Of a DNA stretch of 64,000 nucleotides, positions 16,808 to 25,748 are shown piece by piece. The translations under genes and the position numbers were made by a program. Below the pieces are notes generated by a model that was not told where the DNA came from, did not search any database, and saw nothing but the letters and a program-made list of their open reading frames with translations. The DNA lies in the NCBI GenBank assembly GCA_919902675.1, contig CAKKRH010000023.1, positions 12,000 through 75,999 on the forward strand, in the 5' to 3' direction. The DNA is from Omnitrophica bacterium GWA2_41_15 (GTDB lineage Bacteria; Omnitrophota; Gorgyraeia; Gygaellales; UBA12090). The first letter of the stretch is position 1. Each line of letters starts with the position of its first letter.

Positions 16808-17542
16808 ATGCGCTCAAGCGACCGTCAGAATAGAAACCGGGAAGTGCTTTCCGCGATAATTGAAAGCCATATCAAGACTTCCGATGCCATCAGCTCCGAA
16901 GATATCTGCCCGCATTTTGACTGTTCCTCGGCCACAGTCAGAAACACAATGTCTGAACTGGAGGAACTGGGATATCTTACCCATATACACACCTCAGGCG
17001 GACGCGTGCCCACGGACAAAGGCTACCGTTATTACGTGGATATGCTCTTGACCCAGATGAGGCTTTTGGAAGAAGAAAAAAAACGCCTCACCCGACACTA
17101 CCAGCTCCAGATTCGGGTGCTGGAGGACATTTTAGAAAAAACCTCGGAGGTACTTTCCGATTTTACCCACTGCACGGGAATAGTTTCTTTTTTAAATAAA
17201 GGCAATAAGATATATTACAACGGCGCCTCTTTTATGACCGAACACCCGGAATTCAGGAATATTGAAAAAATACGCAATGTCTTAAAAGTCTTAGAGGAGA
17301 AAAATAAGCTCATCGACATCCTCAACCGGAATTTAGAAAAAAAACTGAATGTCTATATCGGCAGAGAAATTGAGTGCGAAGAAATCTCCGGCTGTTCTTT
17401 AATCGTATCCACCTATGATGTGGAAGATAAGCCTTTGGGCAGGATAGCGGTCCTGGGTCCGCGAAGCATGAACTACAGCCAGGTGATTCCCACCATTGAA
17501 TATGTTTCAGGGCTGATCAGCAAGGCTTTGGAGAATTTATAA
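16808..17542 (+). CDS. hrcA: Heat-inducible transcription repressor HrcA
   Basis: The N-terminal winged helix ...SSATVRNTMSELEELGYLTHIHTSGGRVPTDKGYRYYVD is diagnostic of HrcA. It is followed by grpE-dnaK-dnaJ. Confidence 0.9.
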   Translation: MRSSDRQNRNREVLSAIIESHIKTSDAISSEDICPHFDCSSATVRNTMSELEELGYLTHIHTSGGRVPTDKGYRYYVDMLLTQMRLLEEEKKRLTRHYQLQIRVLEDILEKTSEVLSDFTHCTGIVSFLNKGNKIYYNGASFMTEHPEFRNIEKIRNVLKVLEEKNKLIDILNRNLEKKLNVYIGREIECEEISGCSLIVSTYDVEDKPLGRIAVLGPRSMNYSQVIPTIEYVSGLISKALENL

Positions 17543-17545
17543 GAA

Positions 17546-18130
17546 ATGACCAATAACCACAAAAAAGAAAAAGAAGAAAAGAAACCCCAGGCCCAGATAG
17601 AAGAGGAGGCCGTCCAGGAAAAATTAATAACTCTTAAAGAAGAAGAGTATAACCGGCTTAAGGAAGAAGTCTTAAAAAGCCAGGACCATCAGGAGAGGCT
17701 TCTGCGCATGCAGGCGGATTTTGACAACGCCCGCAAACGGATGGAGAAGCAGTTCCAGGACTTCACTAAATACGCCAATGAAGGCATCATCTCGGAATTA
17801 TTAGGCATCCTCGATGATTTAGAGAGAACCACCCAGAACGCCGAGAATAAATCCGCTAACCTGGAGACATTCCTAAAAGGGATAGAGATGATCCTGGCCC
17901 ATCTCTACGAGATGCTCAAGAAACACGGAATTAAACCTATTGAAGTTGAGGGAAGGCCTTTTGATCCACACACCTCCGAGGCCCTGATGCAGGTAGATTC
18001 AGAACTGCCTGAGCATACTGTGGTAGAGGAGCTGCAAAAAGGTTATTTTTTGAATGACAGGGTAATAAGGACAGCAAAAGTAAAGGTTGCGAAAAAAGAC
18101 TCTGATAATCAAAATGAACTTAAATCATAA
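17546..18130 (+). CDS. grpE: Nucleotide exchange factor GrpE
   Basis: RMQADFDNARKRMEK... and the C-terminal ...GYFLNDRVIRTAKVKV are typical GrpE. Position is between hrcA and dnaK. Confidence 0.9.
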   Translation: MTNNHKKEKEEKKPQAQIEEEAVQEKLITLKEEEYNRLKEEVLKSQDHQERLLRMQADFDNARKRMEKQFQDFTKYANEGIISELLGILDDLERTTQNAENKSANLETFLKGIEMILAHLYEMLKKHGIKPIEVEGRPFDPHTSEALMQVDSELPEHTVVEELQKGYFLNDRVIRTAKVKVAKKDSDNQNELKS

Positions 18131-18260
18131 ATCCGAAATTCTAAATCCTAAACAAATCCTAAACCCAAAATCCAAATGTTCAAAACGAACTTTGTTTTTG
18201 AGTTTTGTGTTTTGAATTTTGAGTTTGTTTAGAGTTTAGGATTTCGAGTTTAGAGTTTAA
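18131..18260. repeat. Long intergenic palindrome with C/A-rich versus G/T-rich heptamer-repeat arms (CTAAAYC / GTTTAGR), copy 1
   Basis: The left arm cgaaattctaaatcctaaacaaatcctaaacccaaaatcc... is the imperfect complement of the right arm ...gttttgaattttgagtttgtttagagtttaggatttcg. It fills the grpE-dnaK gap and is homologous to 33754-33879. Confidence 0.75.
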
Positions 18261-18297
18261 CTTTCAGATTAATGTTATAATAAATTGGAGGTATAAA

Positions 18298-20184
18298 ATG
18301 GCTAAAGTAATCGGTATTGATTTAGGAACATCTAATTCGGCGGCGGCAGTAATGGAAGGGGGAAGGCCGGTAATCATCCCTTCGGCTGAAGGAGCGGGGG
18401 TGGCTTCAGGCAAGGCCTTTCCATCGTATGTCGCTTTTACCAAAGACGGCCAGCGCTTAGTAGGCGAACCGGCCCGCCGGCAGGCGGCGATAAACGCCGA
18501 GGGAACAATCCAGGCGGCCAAGCGCAAGATGGGAACCGACTTTAAATTTAAGGTTATGGGCAAAGAATATACCCCTCAGCAGGTTTCCGCCTTTATTTTA
18601 CAAAAGATAAAACAGGATGCCGAAGCCTATCTGGGCGATAAAGTGGAAGAGGTAGTTATCACCTGCCCGGCCTATTTTGACGATAACCAAAGAACCGCCA
18701 CCAGGGATGCCGGCGAGATTGCCGGTTTAAAGGTCCTGCGCGTAATCAACGAACCTACCGCCGCCTGCCTGGCTTACGGCTTGGAAAAATCACATAAAGA
18801 GCAAAAGATTATGGTCTTTGATTTAGGCGGCGGCACTCTGGATGTTACCATCATGGAGATGGCCCAGGGTGTATTTGAGGTCAAGGCCACCTCCGGTGAC
18901 ACCCAATTAGGCGGAACCGATATGGATAACGCCATCATAGATTATATCACCCGGGAATTCAAAAAAGATACCGGTATTGACGTAAAGAATGATAAGATGG
19001 CCACCCAAAGGGTGCGCGAAGCCGGGGAAAAAGCCAAAATTGAGCTTTCCTCAACCGTAAGCACTGATATCAATCTGCCCTTTATTACCGCTGACGCCTC
19101 AGGGCCGAAACATTTGACCATGACTTTCACCCGGGCAAAATTAGAAGAATTGATCCAGCCGATTATTGACCGCTGCCATCACCCGATGGAACAGGCCCTA
19201 AGCGACGCCAAGCTTTCCTCCAAAGACATTGACCGCGTTATTATGGTCGGCGGGCCAACCCGGATGCCGATTGTCCAGAAATATGTTGAGGATTACGTGG
19301 GTAAAAAGATAGAACGCGGGGTTGACCCCATGGAATGCGTGGCTTTAGGGGCGGCTATTCAGGTAGCCATTATTAAAGGCGATATGAAGGATGTCCTGCT
19401 TTTAGACGTTACCCCACTGTCTTTAGGTATTGAAACCCTGGGCGGAGTCAATACTAAACTTATTGAAAGGAATACCACTATCCCCACGAAAAAAAGCCAG
19501 GTATTCTCTACCGCCGCCGATAACCAGACCGCGGTTACCATCCGCGTGCTCCAGGGTGAGCGGCAGATGGCTGATGACAATGTGGAATTAGGCAGGTTTG
19601 ATTTAGTCGGGCTGCCGGCGGCGCAGAGGGGCATTCCCCAGATTGAGGTAGCCTTTGATATTGACGCCAACGGAATTGTGCATGTCTCGGCAAAGGACCT
19701 GGGCACCGGCAAAGAACAGTCTATCCGCATTACCGCGCCCAAGAAGCTCTCTAAAGAAGAAATAGAAAAGATGGTCAAGGACGCGGATAAATTTGCCGCC
19801 GATGACGCCAAGAAAAAAGAAGAGGTTGAGATTAAGAATCAAGCGGACACCCTGGTGTATTCCACGGAAAAATCACTGAAGGAATTCGGGGATAAGGTAT
19901 CCGGCGAAGAAAAAGAAAACATCCAAAAGAAGCTTGATGAATTGAAAGAGGCGCTTAAGGGTAAGGATACCGCCCGGACCAAGAAGGCAACGGAAGAGCT
20001 GAACTCCGCCTCGCATAAATTAGCCGAAGAGATTTATAAGCAGTCCGCTGCCAAACAGCAAAAAACCGAAGAAAATAAACAGGGCCCGGAAGATAAAAAG
20101 TCAGAGGGCCAGGCAAAAGATAAAAATAAAAAAGACGATGATATTATCGACGCGGAATACAAGGCCGAAGACGATAACAAATAG
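18298..20184 (+). CDS. dnaK: Chaperone DnaK (Hsp70)
   Basis: [18 protein letters not shown]..., DLGGGTLDV and VGGPTRMP, with full-length Hsp70. Confidence 0.97.
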   Translation: MAKVIGIDLGTSNSAAAVMEGGRPVIIPSAEGAGVASGKAFPSYVAFTKDGQRLVGEPARRQAAINAEGTIQAAKRKMGTDFKFKVMGKEYTPQQVSAFILQKIKQDAEAYLGDKVEEVVITCPAYFDDNQRTATRDAGEIAGLKVLRVINEPTAACLAYGLEKSHKEQKIMVFDLGGGTLDVTIMEMAQGVFEVKATSGDTQLGGTDMDNAIIDYITREFKKDTGIDVKNDKMATQRVREAGEKAKIELSSTVSTDINLPFITADASGPKHLTMTFTRAKLEELIQPIIDRCHHPMEQALSDAKLSSKDIDRVIMVGGPTRMPIVQKYVEDYVGKKIERGVDPMECVALGAAIQVAIIKGDMKDVLLLDVTPLSLGIETLGGVNTKLIERNTTIPTKKSQVFSTAADNQTAVTIRVLQGERQMADDNVELGRFDLVGLPAAQRGIPQIEVAFDIDANGIVHVSAKDLGTGKEQSIRITAPKKLSKEEIEKMVKDADKFAADDAKKKEEVEIKNQADTLVYSTEKSLKEFGDKVSGEEKENIQKKLDELKEALKGKDTARTKKATEELNSASHKLAEEIYKQSAAKQQKTEENKQGPEDKKSEGQAKDKNKKDDDIIDAEYKAEDDNK

Positions 20185-20295
20185 CTTTCAGCTGTCAGCT
20201 TTCGGCTTTCAGCTAAAAACATTAAACTAAAAACTATATAACTATTGATATTCTTTTGCTTTTTGCCGACAGCTGAAAGCTGACAGCCGTAAGCT
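20185..20295. repeat. Intergenic hairpin with tandem CAGCT-type repeat arms (dnaK-dnaJ spacer)
   Basis: agctttcagctgtcagctttcggctttcagct (20185-20215) against gccgacagctgaaagctgacagccgtaagct (20265-20295). An AT-rich loop of about 50 nt lies between them. Confidence 0.7.
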
Positions 20296-20303
20296 AATAA
20301 AAA

Positions 20304-21461
20304 ATGTCTACTAAACGCGACTATTACGAAATATTGGGGGTGAATAAGAATTCCTCCCTGGATGATATAAAGAAGGCCTACCGGGGCCTGGCTATGCAGC
20401 ATCATCCTGACCGGGTACCACAGGAGAAAAAGAAAGAGGCTGAGGAAAAATTTAAAGAAATCTCCGAGGCCTACGCGGTGCTCTCCGATACCCAGAAGAG
20501 GGCCCTCTACGACCAATACGGCCATTCCGGAATTGACCAGAAGTATGCCTACGAAGATATCTTTAAGGGCGCTGACTTCGGAAGCATCTTTGGAAATATG
20601 AAAGATTCCGGTTTTGGCGGCGGCATATTTGAGGAAATTTTCGGAGATTTAGGTTTTGATATATCCGGCTCCGCGGGAAGCAGGCAAAGACAGCGGAGTA
20701 AGCGGGGAAGAGATCTCCAGATTGAAATAGATATAACTTTAGAAGAGGCCTATTCCGGAGCAGAAAAACCAATAACTGTTCCCCGGTATGAACCCTGCTC
20801 GACCTGCCAGGGTTCAGGGGCAAAGCCCGGTTCCAAAAAAACCACCTGCGTCCAGTGTAAAGGCCAGGGCCAGGTGGTTATGTCCAGCGGCTTCTTCCAG
20901 ATAAGGCAAACCTGCCCTAAGTGCCGCGGCGAAGGATACACCATAGGCCAGGCCTGTCCTTCCTGTTATGGCGAAGGAAGGGCTAAGATTACCCGCAAAA
21001 TAGAAGTAAAAATCCCGGCCGGAGTAGATACCGGTTCATCCCTAAGGGTGCGCGGAGAAGGAGAAGCCGGAACCCAGGGACACGGCGACCTTTATGTGTT
21101 AATTAATATCAAGCCCGACAATAATTTTGAACGCCATAACAACGATATTTTGAGTGAAGTCACCATAAGCTTAGTCAAGGCTATTCTGGGAAGCGAGGTA
21201 GAAGTACCCACCTTAAGCGGAAAGGTTAAAATGAAGATACCTGCCGGAACCCAGGGAGGAAGAATCTTTCGCCTTAAAGAAAAAGGTATGCCGGATGTGC
21301 ACAGCTACACTAGGGGAGACCAGTTAGTAAGAATCAACGTGGAAATTCCCACTGAATTAAACAATCAGGAAAGAAAACTTATCGAGCAGTTCGCGGCCTT
21401 AAGAGGAGAAGATATTGAAAAAGAAGGTTTCGTGGATAAGCTAAAAAAAACATTTCGGTAA
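20304..21461 (+). CDS. dnaJ: Co-chaperone DnaJ
   Basis: J-domain (DYYEILGV...HPDR), a G/F region and four CxxCxGxG zinc-finger repeats. Confidence 0.95.
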   Translation: MSTKRDYYEILGVNKNSSLDDIKKAYRGLAMQHHPDRVPQEKKKEAEEKFKEISEAYAVLSDTQKRALYDQYGHSGIDQKYAYEDIFKGADFGSIFGNMKDSGFGGGIFEEIFGDLGFDISGSAGSRQRQRSKRGRDLQIEIDITLEEAYSGAEKPITVPRYEPCSTCQGSGAKPGSKKTTCVQCKGQGQVVMSSGFFQIRQTCPKCRGEGYTIGQACPSCYGEGRAKITRKIEVKIPAGVDTGSSLRVRGEGEAGTQGHGDLYVLINIKPDNNFERHNNDILSEVTISLVKAILGSEVEVPTLSGKVKMKIPAGTQGGRIFRLKEKGMPDVHSYTRGDQLVRINVEIPTELNNQERKLIEQFAALRGEDIEKEGFVDKLKKTFR

Positions 21462-21632
21462 GATAACAGCTCGCGATTAGCAACAGTTCAGCTCTTGGAA
21501 GTAAACGTGTCACTGCGAGGAGCGTCAACGACGAAGCAGTCTTTAAAAGATTGCTTCGCAAAAAACGCTCGCAATGACACATCCGTCGGAACGCTTCCGA
21601 ACGCTGAACTGTTACCGCGATTATCTGTTCTC
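21461..21632 (+). repeat. Nested inverted repeat containing a GTGTCAYTGCGAG...CTCGCAATGACAC hairpin element (copy 1)
   Basis: Inner element at 21507-21580: gtgtcactgcgaggagcgtcaacgacgaagcagtct-ttaaa-agattgcttcgcaaaaaacgctcgcaatgacac. Outer arms share aacagttcagc/gctgaactgtt (21482-21492 / 21603-21613). The inner element is about the reverse complement of 39731-39803. Confidence 0.75.
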
Positions 21633-21655
21633 TGACCGAACAAAGCGAGGTCAAA

Positions 21656-21934
21656 ATGCCAACATACGAATACGAATGTAAATCCTGCGGTCACCGTTTT
21701 GAAAAATCCCAGAGCATGCTGGATAAACCTTTGCGCAAATGCCCCGAGTGCTCTAAAGGCGTGCGCCGGGTTATCGGTAACGGCGCGGGAATCATCTTTA
21801 AAGGTTCCGGCTTCTACGCCACCGACTACCGCAAATCAGGTTACAGCGAAAAAGAAAAATCAGAAAAGTCCCCGGCGGCGGCGCCTTGCGCCAATGTCAA
21901 GCCTTCTTGTCAGGGATGCCCGTCAGCTTCATAA
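21656..21934 (+). CDS. FmdB-family zinc-ribbon protein
   Basis: MPTYEYECKSCGHRFEKSQSM.DKPLRKCPECSKG..RRV is the canonical CxxC...CxxC FmdB/zinc-ribbon N-terminus. Confidence 0.8.
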   Translation: MPTYEYECKSCGHRFEKSQSMLDKPLRKCPECSKGVRRVIGNGAGIIFKGSGFYATDYRKSGYSEKEKSEKSPAAAPCANVKPSCQGCPSAS

Positions 21935-21937
21935 ATC

Positions 21938-22339
21938 GTGCGCCTGAAAACATTTGCCTGGTATTGGCTTCCGGTGTATCTCTATATGGGGCTCATCTAC
22001 CACCTTTCCGCGCAGTCTGATCCAGGGGTACCTTCTTTTTTACTCTTAAACGATAAAATCACCCATTTTTTTGAATATGCCCTGCTGGGATTGCTTTTAA
22101 TCAGGGCCTTAAAAAAGGAATATTTTAACTTTAATCACACCGGATTAAAGTTAATCGCTCTCTTGATAGCGGCGGCTTATGGCGTAAGCGATGAGCTGCA
22201 TCAGGGGTTTATCATCGGAAGAAAAGCGGATTTTTATGATTGGCTGGTGGATCTTTACGGTTCAGCATTCGGTTCTTTTTGTTTGTTAATCCCAAAGGAT
22301 AGCTTTTCCCTTCTAATAAGGAAAAGCCAAAGAAAATAA
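21938..22339 (+). CDS. VanZ-family membrane protein
   Basis: Four hydrophobic segments. HFFEYALLGLLL and ...SDELHQGFIIGRKADFYDWLVDLYGSAFG are typical VanZ-like. Apparently a non-ATG start. Confidence 0.65.
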   Translation: MRLKTFAWYWLPVYLYMGLIYHLSAQSDPGVPSFLLLNDKITHFFEYALLGLLLIRALKKEYFNFNHTGLKLIALLIAAAYGVSDELHQGFIIGRKADFYDWLVDLYGSAFGSFCLLIPKDSFSLLIRKSQRK

Positions 22340-23658
22340 TGGCTGTCATAAAAGCATTCCCGGCTTTACGTTATAATTTAGAAAAAATCGAAGAAATCTC
22401 CTCGGTAGTAACCCCGCCCTACGATGTCATATCCAGATATCAGCAATCTCAATTCTACCGCGCCCATACGCGTAACCTGATCCGGATAATCCTGGGACAG
22501 GAAAAGAAGGGCGACAATCAGCAAAACAACAAATACACCCGGGCCGCGGCCTATCTGGATAAGTGGATTAAAGAAGGCGTATTTATACAGGATAAATCTC
22601 CCGCGATATATATTTACCAGCAATTGTTTGATTTTGAGGGGGAAGAAATATCCCGGATTGGCTTTATCGGCCTGCTTAAGCTTGAGCCCTCGGGAAAAGG
22701 AGTGGTTTTTCCTCACGAAAAGACATTCTGTAAACCCAAGGAAGACCGCCTCTCCCTTCTCAGGTCAACCCGGGCAAACCTAAGCCCGATATTCGGGCTA
22801 TACCGCGACCCCGATTCAAAGATAGAAAATATTATTAAAAGCGCCTGCCGCGGGGTGCCGCTTTTAGATTTTGAATTTGAGCAAGTCCGAAACAGGTTAT
22901 GGCTGATCAATAACCCTGAATTCATCACCAAACTTGAGAAATTTACCCGAGACAAGAAAATATTCATTGCCGATGGACATCACCGCTACGAGGTGGCCTG
23001 CCTCTATAATAAGCTTATCCGCAAGACTGCCAAGGCGGCAGAGCCGCACAGGCTAAACAGCGCTTATATAATGATGTATTTCTCCGCCCTGGAATCCAGG
23101 GGTTTAAAGGTCCTGCCCACTCACCGACTGATCAATAACCTGCCTGGCGTGAAACTCAGTTCTCTAAAGCAGGCCCTGGCTAAACATTTTATAATTGAGG
23201 ATTTTACAAACTACGCAAAACTATCCCGGAAGCTTAAATCCGCGAAAATTACTGAACACTTCTTTGGCTTATATTTAGGTAATAAAATTTTTTATCTACT
23301 CAAACTAAGGAAAATAACCGATAAAAACGCCAAACATCCTACCGGCTCGTATAAAGATTTAGATGTGGTTATCCTGCACAACCTTATTTTTAAAAGAATC
23401 CTGGGAATTAAAGAAGAAAACAGCAGGGATCAGCAAATCCTCTACACTAGAGAAGAAAATTTAGCGATACAACTGGTAGACTCAAAAAAATATCAAACCG
23501 CTTTTTTTATGAATCCACCCCGGCCGCGCCAAATAAGCGCTATTTCCGAAAGCCTCAAGAAAATGCCGCATAAATCCACCTACTTTTATCCTAAGCCTCT
23601 TTCAGGATTAGTGATTAATAAATTAGATATGGAAGGCGCCTCCCATGTCGCTTTTTAA
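22339..23658 (+). CDS. DUF1015 family protein
   Basis: N-terminus ...AFPALRYN......VVTPPYDVIS and ...FIADGHHRYE... are hallmarks of DUF1015. Confidence 0.8.
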   Translation: MAVIKAFPALRYNLEKIEEISSVVTPPYDVISRYQQSQFYRAHTRNLIRIILGQEKKGDNQQNNKYTRAAAYLDKWIKEGVFIQDKSPAIYIYQQLFDFEGEEISRIGFIGLLKLEPSGKGVVFPHEKTFCKPKEDRLSLLRSTRANLSPIFGLYRDPDSKIENIIKSACRGVPLLDFEFEQVRNRLWLINNPEFITKLEKFTRDKKIFIADGHHRYEVACLYNKLIRKTAKAAEPHRLNSAYIMMYFSALESRGLKVLPTHRLINNLPGVKLSSLKQALAKHFIIEDFTNYAKLSRKLKSAKITEHFFGLYLGNKIFYLLKLRKITDKNAKHPTGSYKDLDVVILHNLIFKRILGIKEENSRDQQILYTREENLAIQLVDSKKYQTAFFMNPPRPRQISAISESLKKMPHKSTYFYPKPLSGLVINKLDMEGASHVAF

Positions 23659-24481
23659 ACCCAAATATACCATAGTCAAGGTCCGAAAGAAGGAAATCCC
23701 TGAGGGGGTCTGGACAAAATGCGAGGAATGTTCAAATCCTATTTTCAATAAAACCCTGGAGGAGAATTCCAGGGTCTGCCCTAAATGCGGCTATCATTTT
23801 ACGCTTAGCGCCAAGGAAAGAATAAGCCTGCTCATTGATGAAGGGACATTTCAGGAAAGCGACGCGGATTTGACTTCAACCGACCCTTTAAACTTCAAAG
23901 GCCCTAAGACTTATCTGGATAAAATAAAGAGCGATCAAGAGGCCACGGGCTTAAAAGAAGCGGCAATATGCGGAGAAGGTGAAATTTTAAACAATAAAGC
24001 GGTAATCGCGGCTACCGATTCCCGCTTTATTATGGGATCAATGGGCTCAGTGGTAGGAGAAAAAATTACCCGGGCAATTGAAAGAGCCACAGCCGCGAAA
24101 ATCCCCATGGTCATCGTTTCCGGTTCAGGGGGAGGAGCCAGGATGTACGAAGGAGCCTTGAGCCTGATGCAGATGGCTAAAACCTCAAACGCCCTGGGCT
24201 TGCACCATAAAGCGGGCCTGCTTTATATATCAGTGCTGACTAATCCCACTATGGCCGGGATTATGGCCTCATTCGCCGGTTTAGGCGATATAATCATTGC
24301 CGAGCCGAAAGCCCTGATAGGCTTTACCGGCCCGCGGGTTATCGAACAAACCATAAGACAGAGACTGCCCAAAGGCTTTCAAAGCTCGGAGTTTCTCCTT
24401 GAGCACGGACTTATTGATATGATTACCCCGCGTAAAAATCTCAAAAAAACCATAAGTGATTTAATAGATTATTTGACATAA
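23645..24481 (+). CDS. accD: Acetyl-CoA carboxylase carboxyltransferase beta subunit
   Basis: Zinc ribbon WTKCEECSNPIF...RVCPKCGYHF, then the carboxyltransferase region (SGGARMYEGALSLMQMAKT). Confidence 0.9.
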   Translation: MSLFKPKYTIVKVRKKEIPEGVWTKCEECSNPIFNKTLEENSRVCPKCGYHFTLSAKERISLLIDEGTFQESDADLTSTDPLNFKGPKTYLDKIKSDQEATGLKEAAICGEGEILNNKAVIAATDSRFIMGSMGSVVGEKITRAIERATAAKIPMVIVSGSGGGARMYEGALSLMQMAKTSNALGLHHKAGLLYISVLTNPTMAGIMASFAGLGDIIIAEPKALIGFTGPRVIEQTIRQRLPKGFQSSEFLLEHGLIDMITPRKNLKKTISDLIDYLT

Positions 24482-24603
24482 TCTTAAAAATGGCTATAAT
24501 ATACAGCAAACAACATAATATATTGTAAACAAATTTAGTCCAAGATTTATTCAGAGTAGAGAACAATATTTTTTCCATAATCTACCGAACGAAGTGAGGG
24601 CAA

Positions 24604-25707
24604 ATGGCGCAGGTAAGCTTAAAAGACGTCTCTAAAATCTACGCTGACGGGATAGCCGCCGTAGACAAGATAAGCCTGGGGATAGAAAACCGGGAATTTA
24701 TGGTTTTGGTCGGGCCCTCCGGATGCGGAAAATCTACCACCCTAAGGATGGTTGCGGGCTTAGAAGAAATAAGCGAAGGCCGAATTTATATCGGAGATAA
24801 GCTGGTAAATGAGGTTCCGGCCAAAGACCGGGATATCGCTATGGTCTTCCAGAACTACGCCCTATATCCGCATATGACCGTCTTTGAGAATATGGCCTTC
24901 GGCTTAAAGTTAAGAAAATACCCAAAACAGGAGATAAGTAAAAGGGTAATTGATGCCGCCGGCATATTAGGCATAAAGGCCCTCCTGAACCGCAGGCCCA
25001 AAGAACTTTCCGGCGGCGAGCGCCAAAGAGTAGCGGTAGGAAGAGCGATAGTCAGAAAACCGCTGGTCTTTTTGTTTGACGAACCCTTGAGCAATCTCGA
25101 TGCCAAACTTCGGGTCCAGATGCGCACCGAAATCCATAAACTGCACCTGAGGCTGGCTACTACAATGATTTATGTTACCCACGACCAAACCGAAGCCATG
25201 ACCATGGGAGACCGCATCGCGGTAATGAAAGACGGGATAATTCAGCAGGCGGCAGACCCCATAACCATCTACGATTCTCCGGTAAATAAATTCGTGGCCA
25301 GCTTCATCGGCTCTCCCCCGATGAATTTTATGCTGGGCAGGATAATCAAAAAAGACGGCAAGCTGTATTTTGACGAAGGAAAAATTATCGTAAGAATAGC
25401 TGAAGAGATGTATAAAAAACTTAACCCCTACGCGGGAAAAGAAATTATTATGGGCCTGCGTTCTGAAGATATATACGATAAACTCTTTGTCTCAAGCGCC
25501 ACGGCGGAAAATGTAGTCAAGGTAACCTGCGAAGTGGTTGAACCTCTAGGCTCAGAGGTCTATCTATATCTCAACACCGGAAAGCACACCTTTATTGCCC
25601 GGGTAGGAGCCCACGACCGGCCGCCGATAAACCAGGATATGGACCTGGTTTTTGATATGAGCAAGGTGCACTTTTTTGATAAAGATACCGAAGTAACTAT
25701 TATTTAA
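24604..25707 (+). CDS. ABC transporter ATP-binding protein (MalK/UgpC/MsmX-type sugar importer ATPase)
   Basis: Walker A GPSGCGKST, signature LSGGERQRV, Walker B LFDEPLSNLD, plus a MalK-like C-terminal regulatory domain. No permease gene is adjacent. Confidence 0.85.
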   Translation: MAQVSLKDVSKIYADGIAAVDKISLGIENREFMVLVGPSGCGKSTTLRMVAGLEEISEGRIYIGDKLVNEVPAKDRDIAMVFQNYALYPHMTVFENMAFGLKLRKYPKQEISKRVIDAAGILGIKALLNRRPKELSGGERQRVAVGRAIVRKPLVFLFDEPLSNLDAKLRVQMRTEIHKLHLRLATTMIYVTHDQTEAMTMGDRIAVMKDGIIQQAADPITIYDSPVNKFVASFIGSPPMNFMLGRIIKKDGKLYFDEGKIIVRIAEEMYKKLNPYAGKEIIMGLRSEDIYDKLFVSSATAENVVKVTCEVVEPLGSEVYLYLNTGKHTFIARVGAHDRPPINQDMDLVFDMSKVHFFDKDTEVTII

Positions 25708-25748
25708 ACCCTTATCAAGCGCAGTCAAAACTCTACCCCCACGGCCGT

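Noticed and set aside
18131-18260. Interpretation of the CCCTAAA/TTTAGGG-type repeats as telomeric or linear-replicon ends.
   Set aside because: They occur as internal palindromes between co-transcribed housekeeping genes (grpE-dnaK and rmlA-rmlB). They are not terminal arrays.
20777-20794. tgttccccggtatgaacc inside dnaJ resembles the two ends of the CRISPR repeat (tgttcccc...atgaacc).
   Set aside because: It lies in a conserved coding region (..[10 protein letters not shown]..), lacks the central palindrome, and is a single occurrence. This is a chance match.
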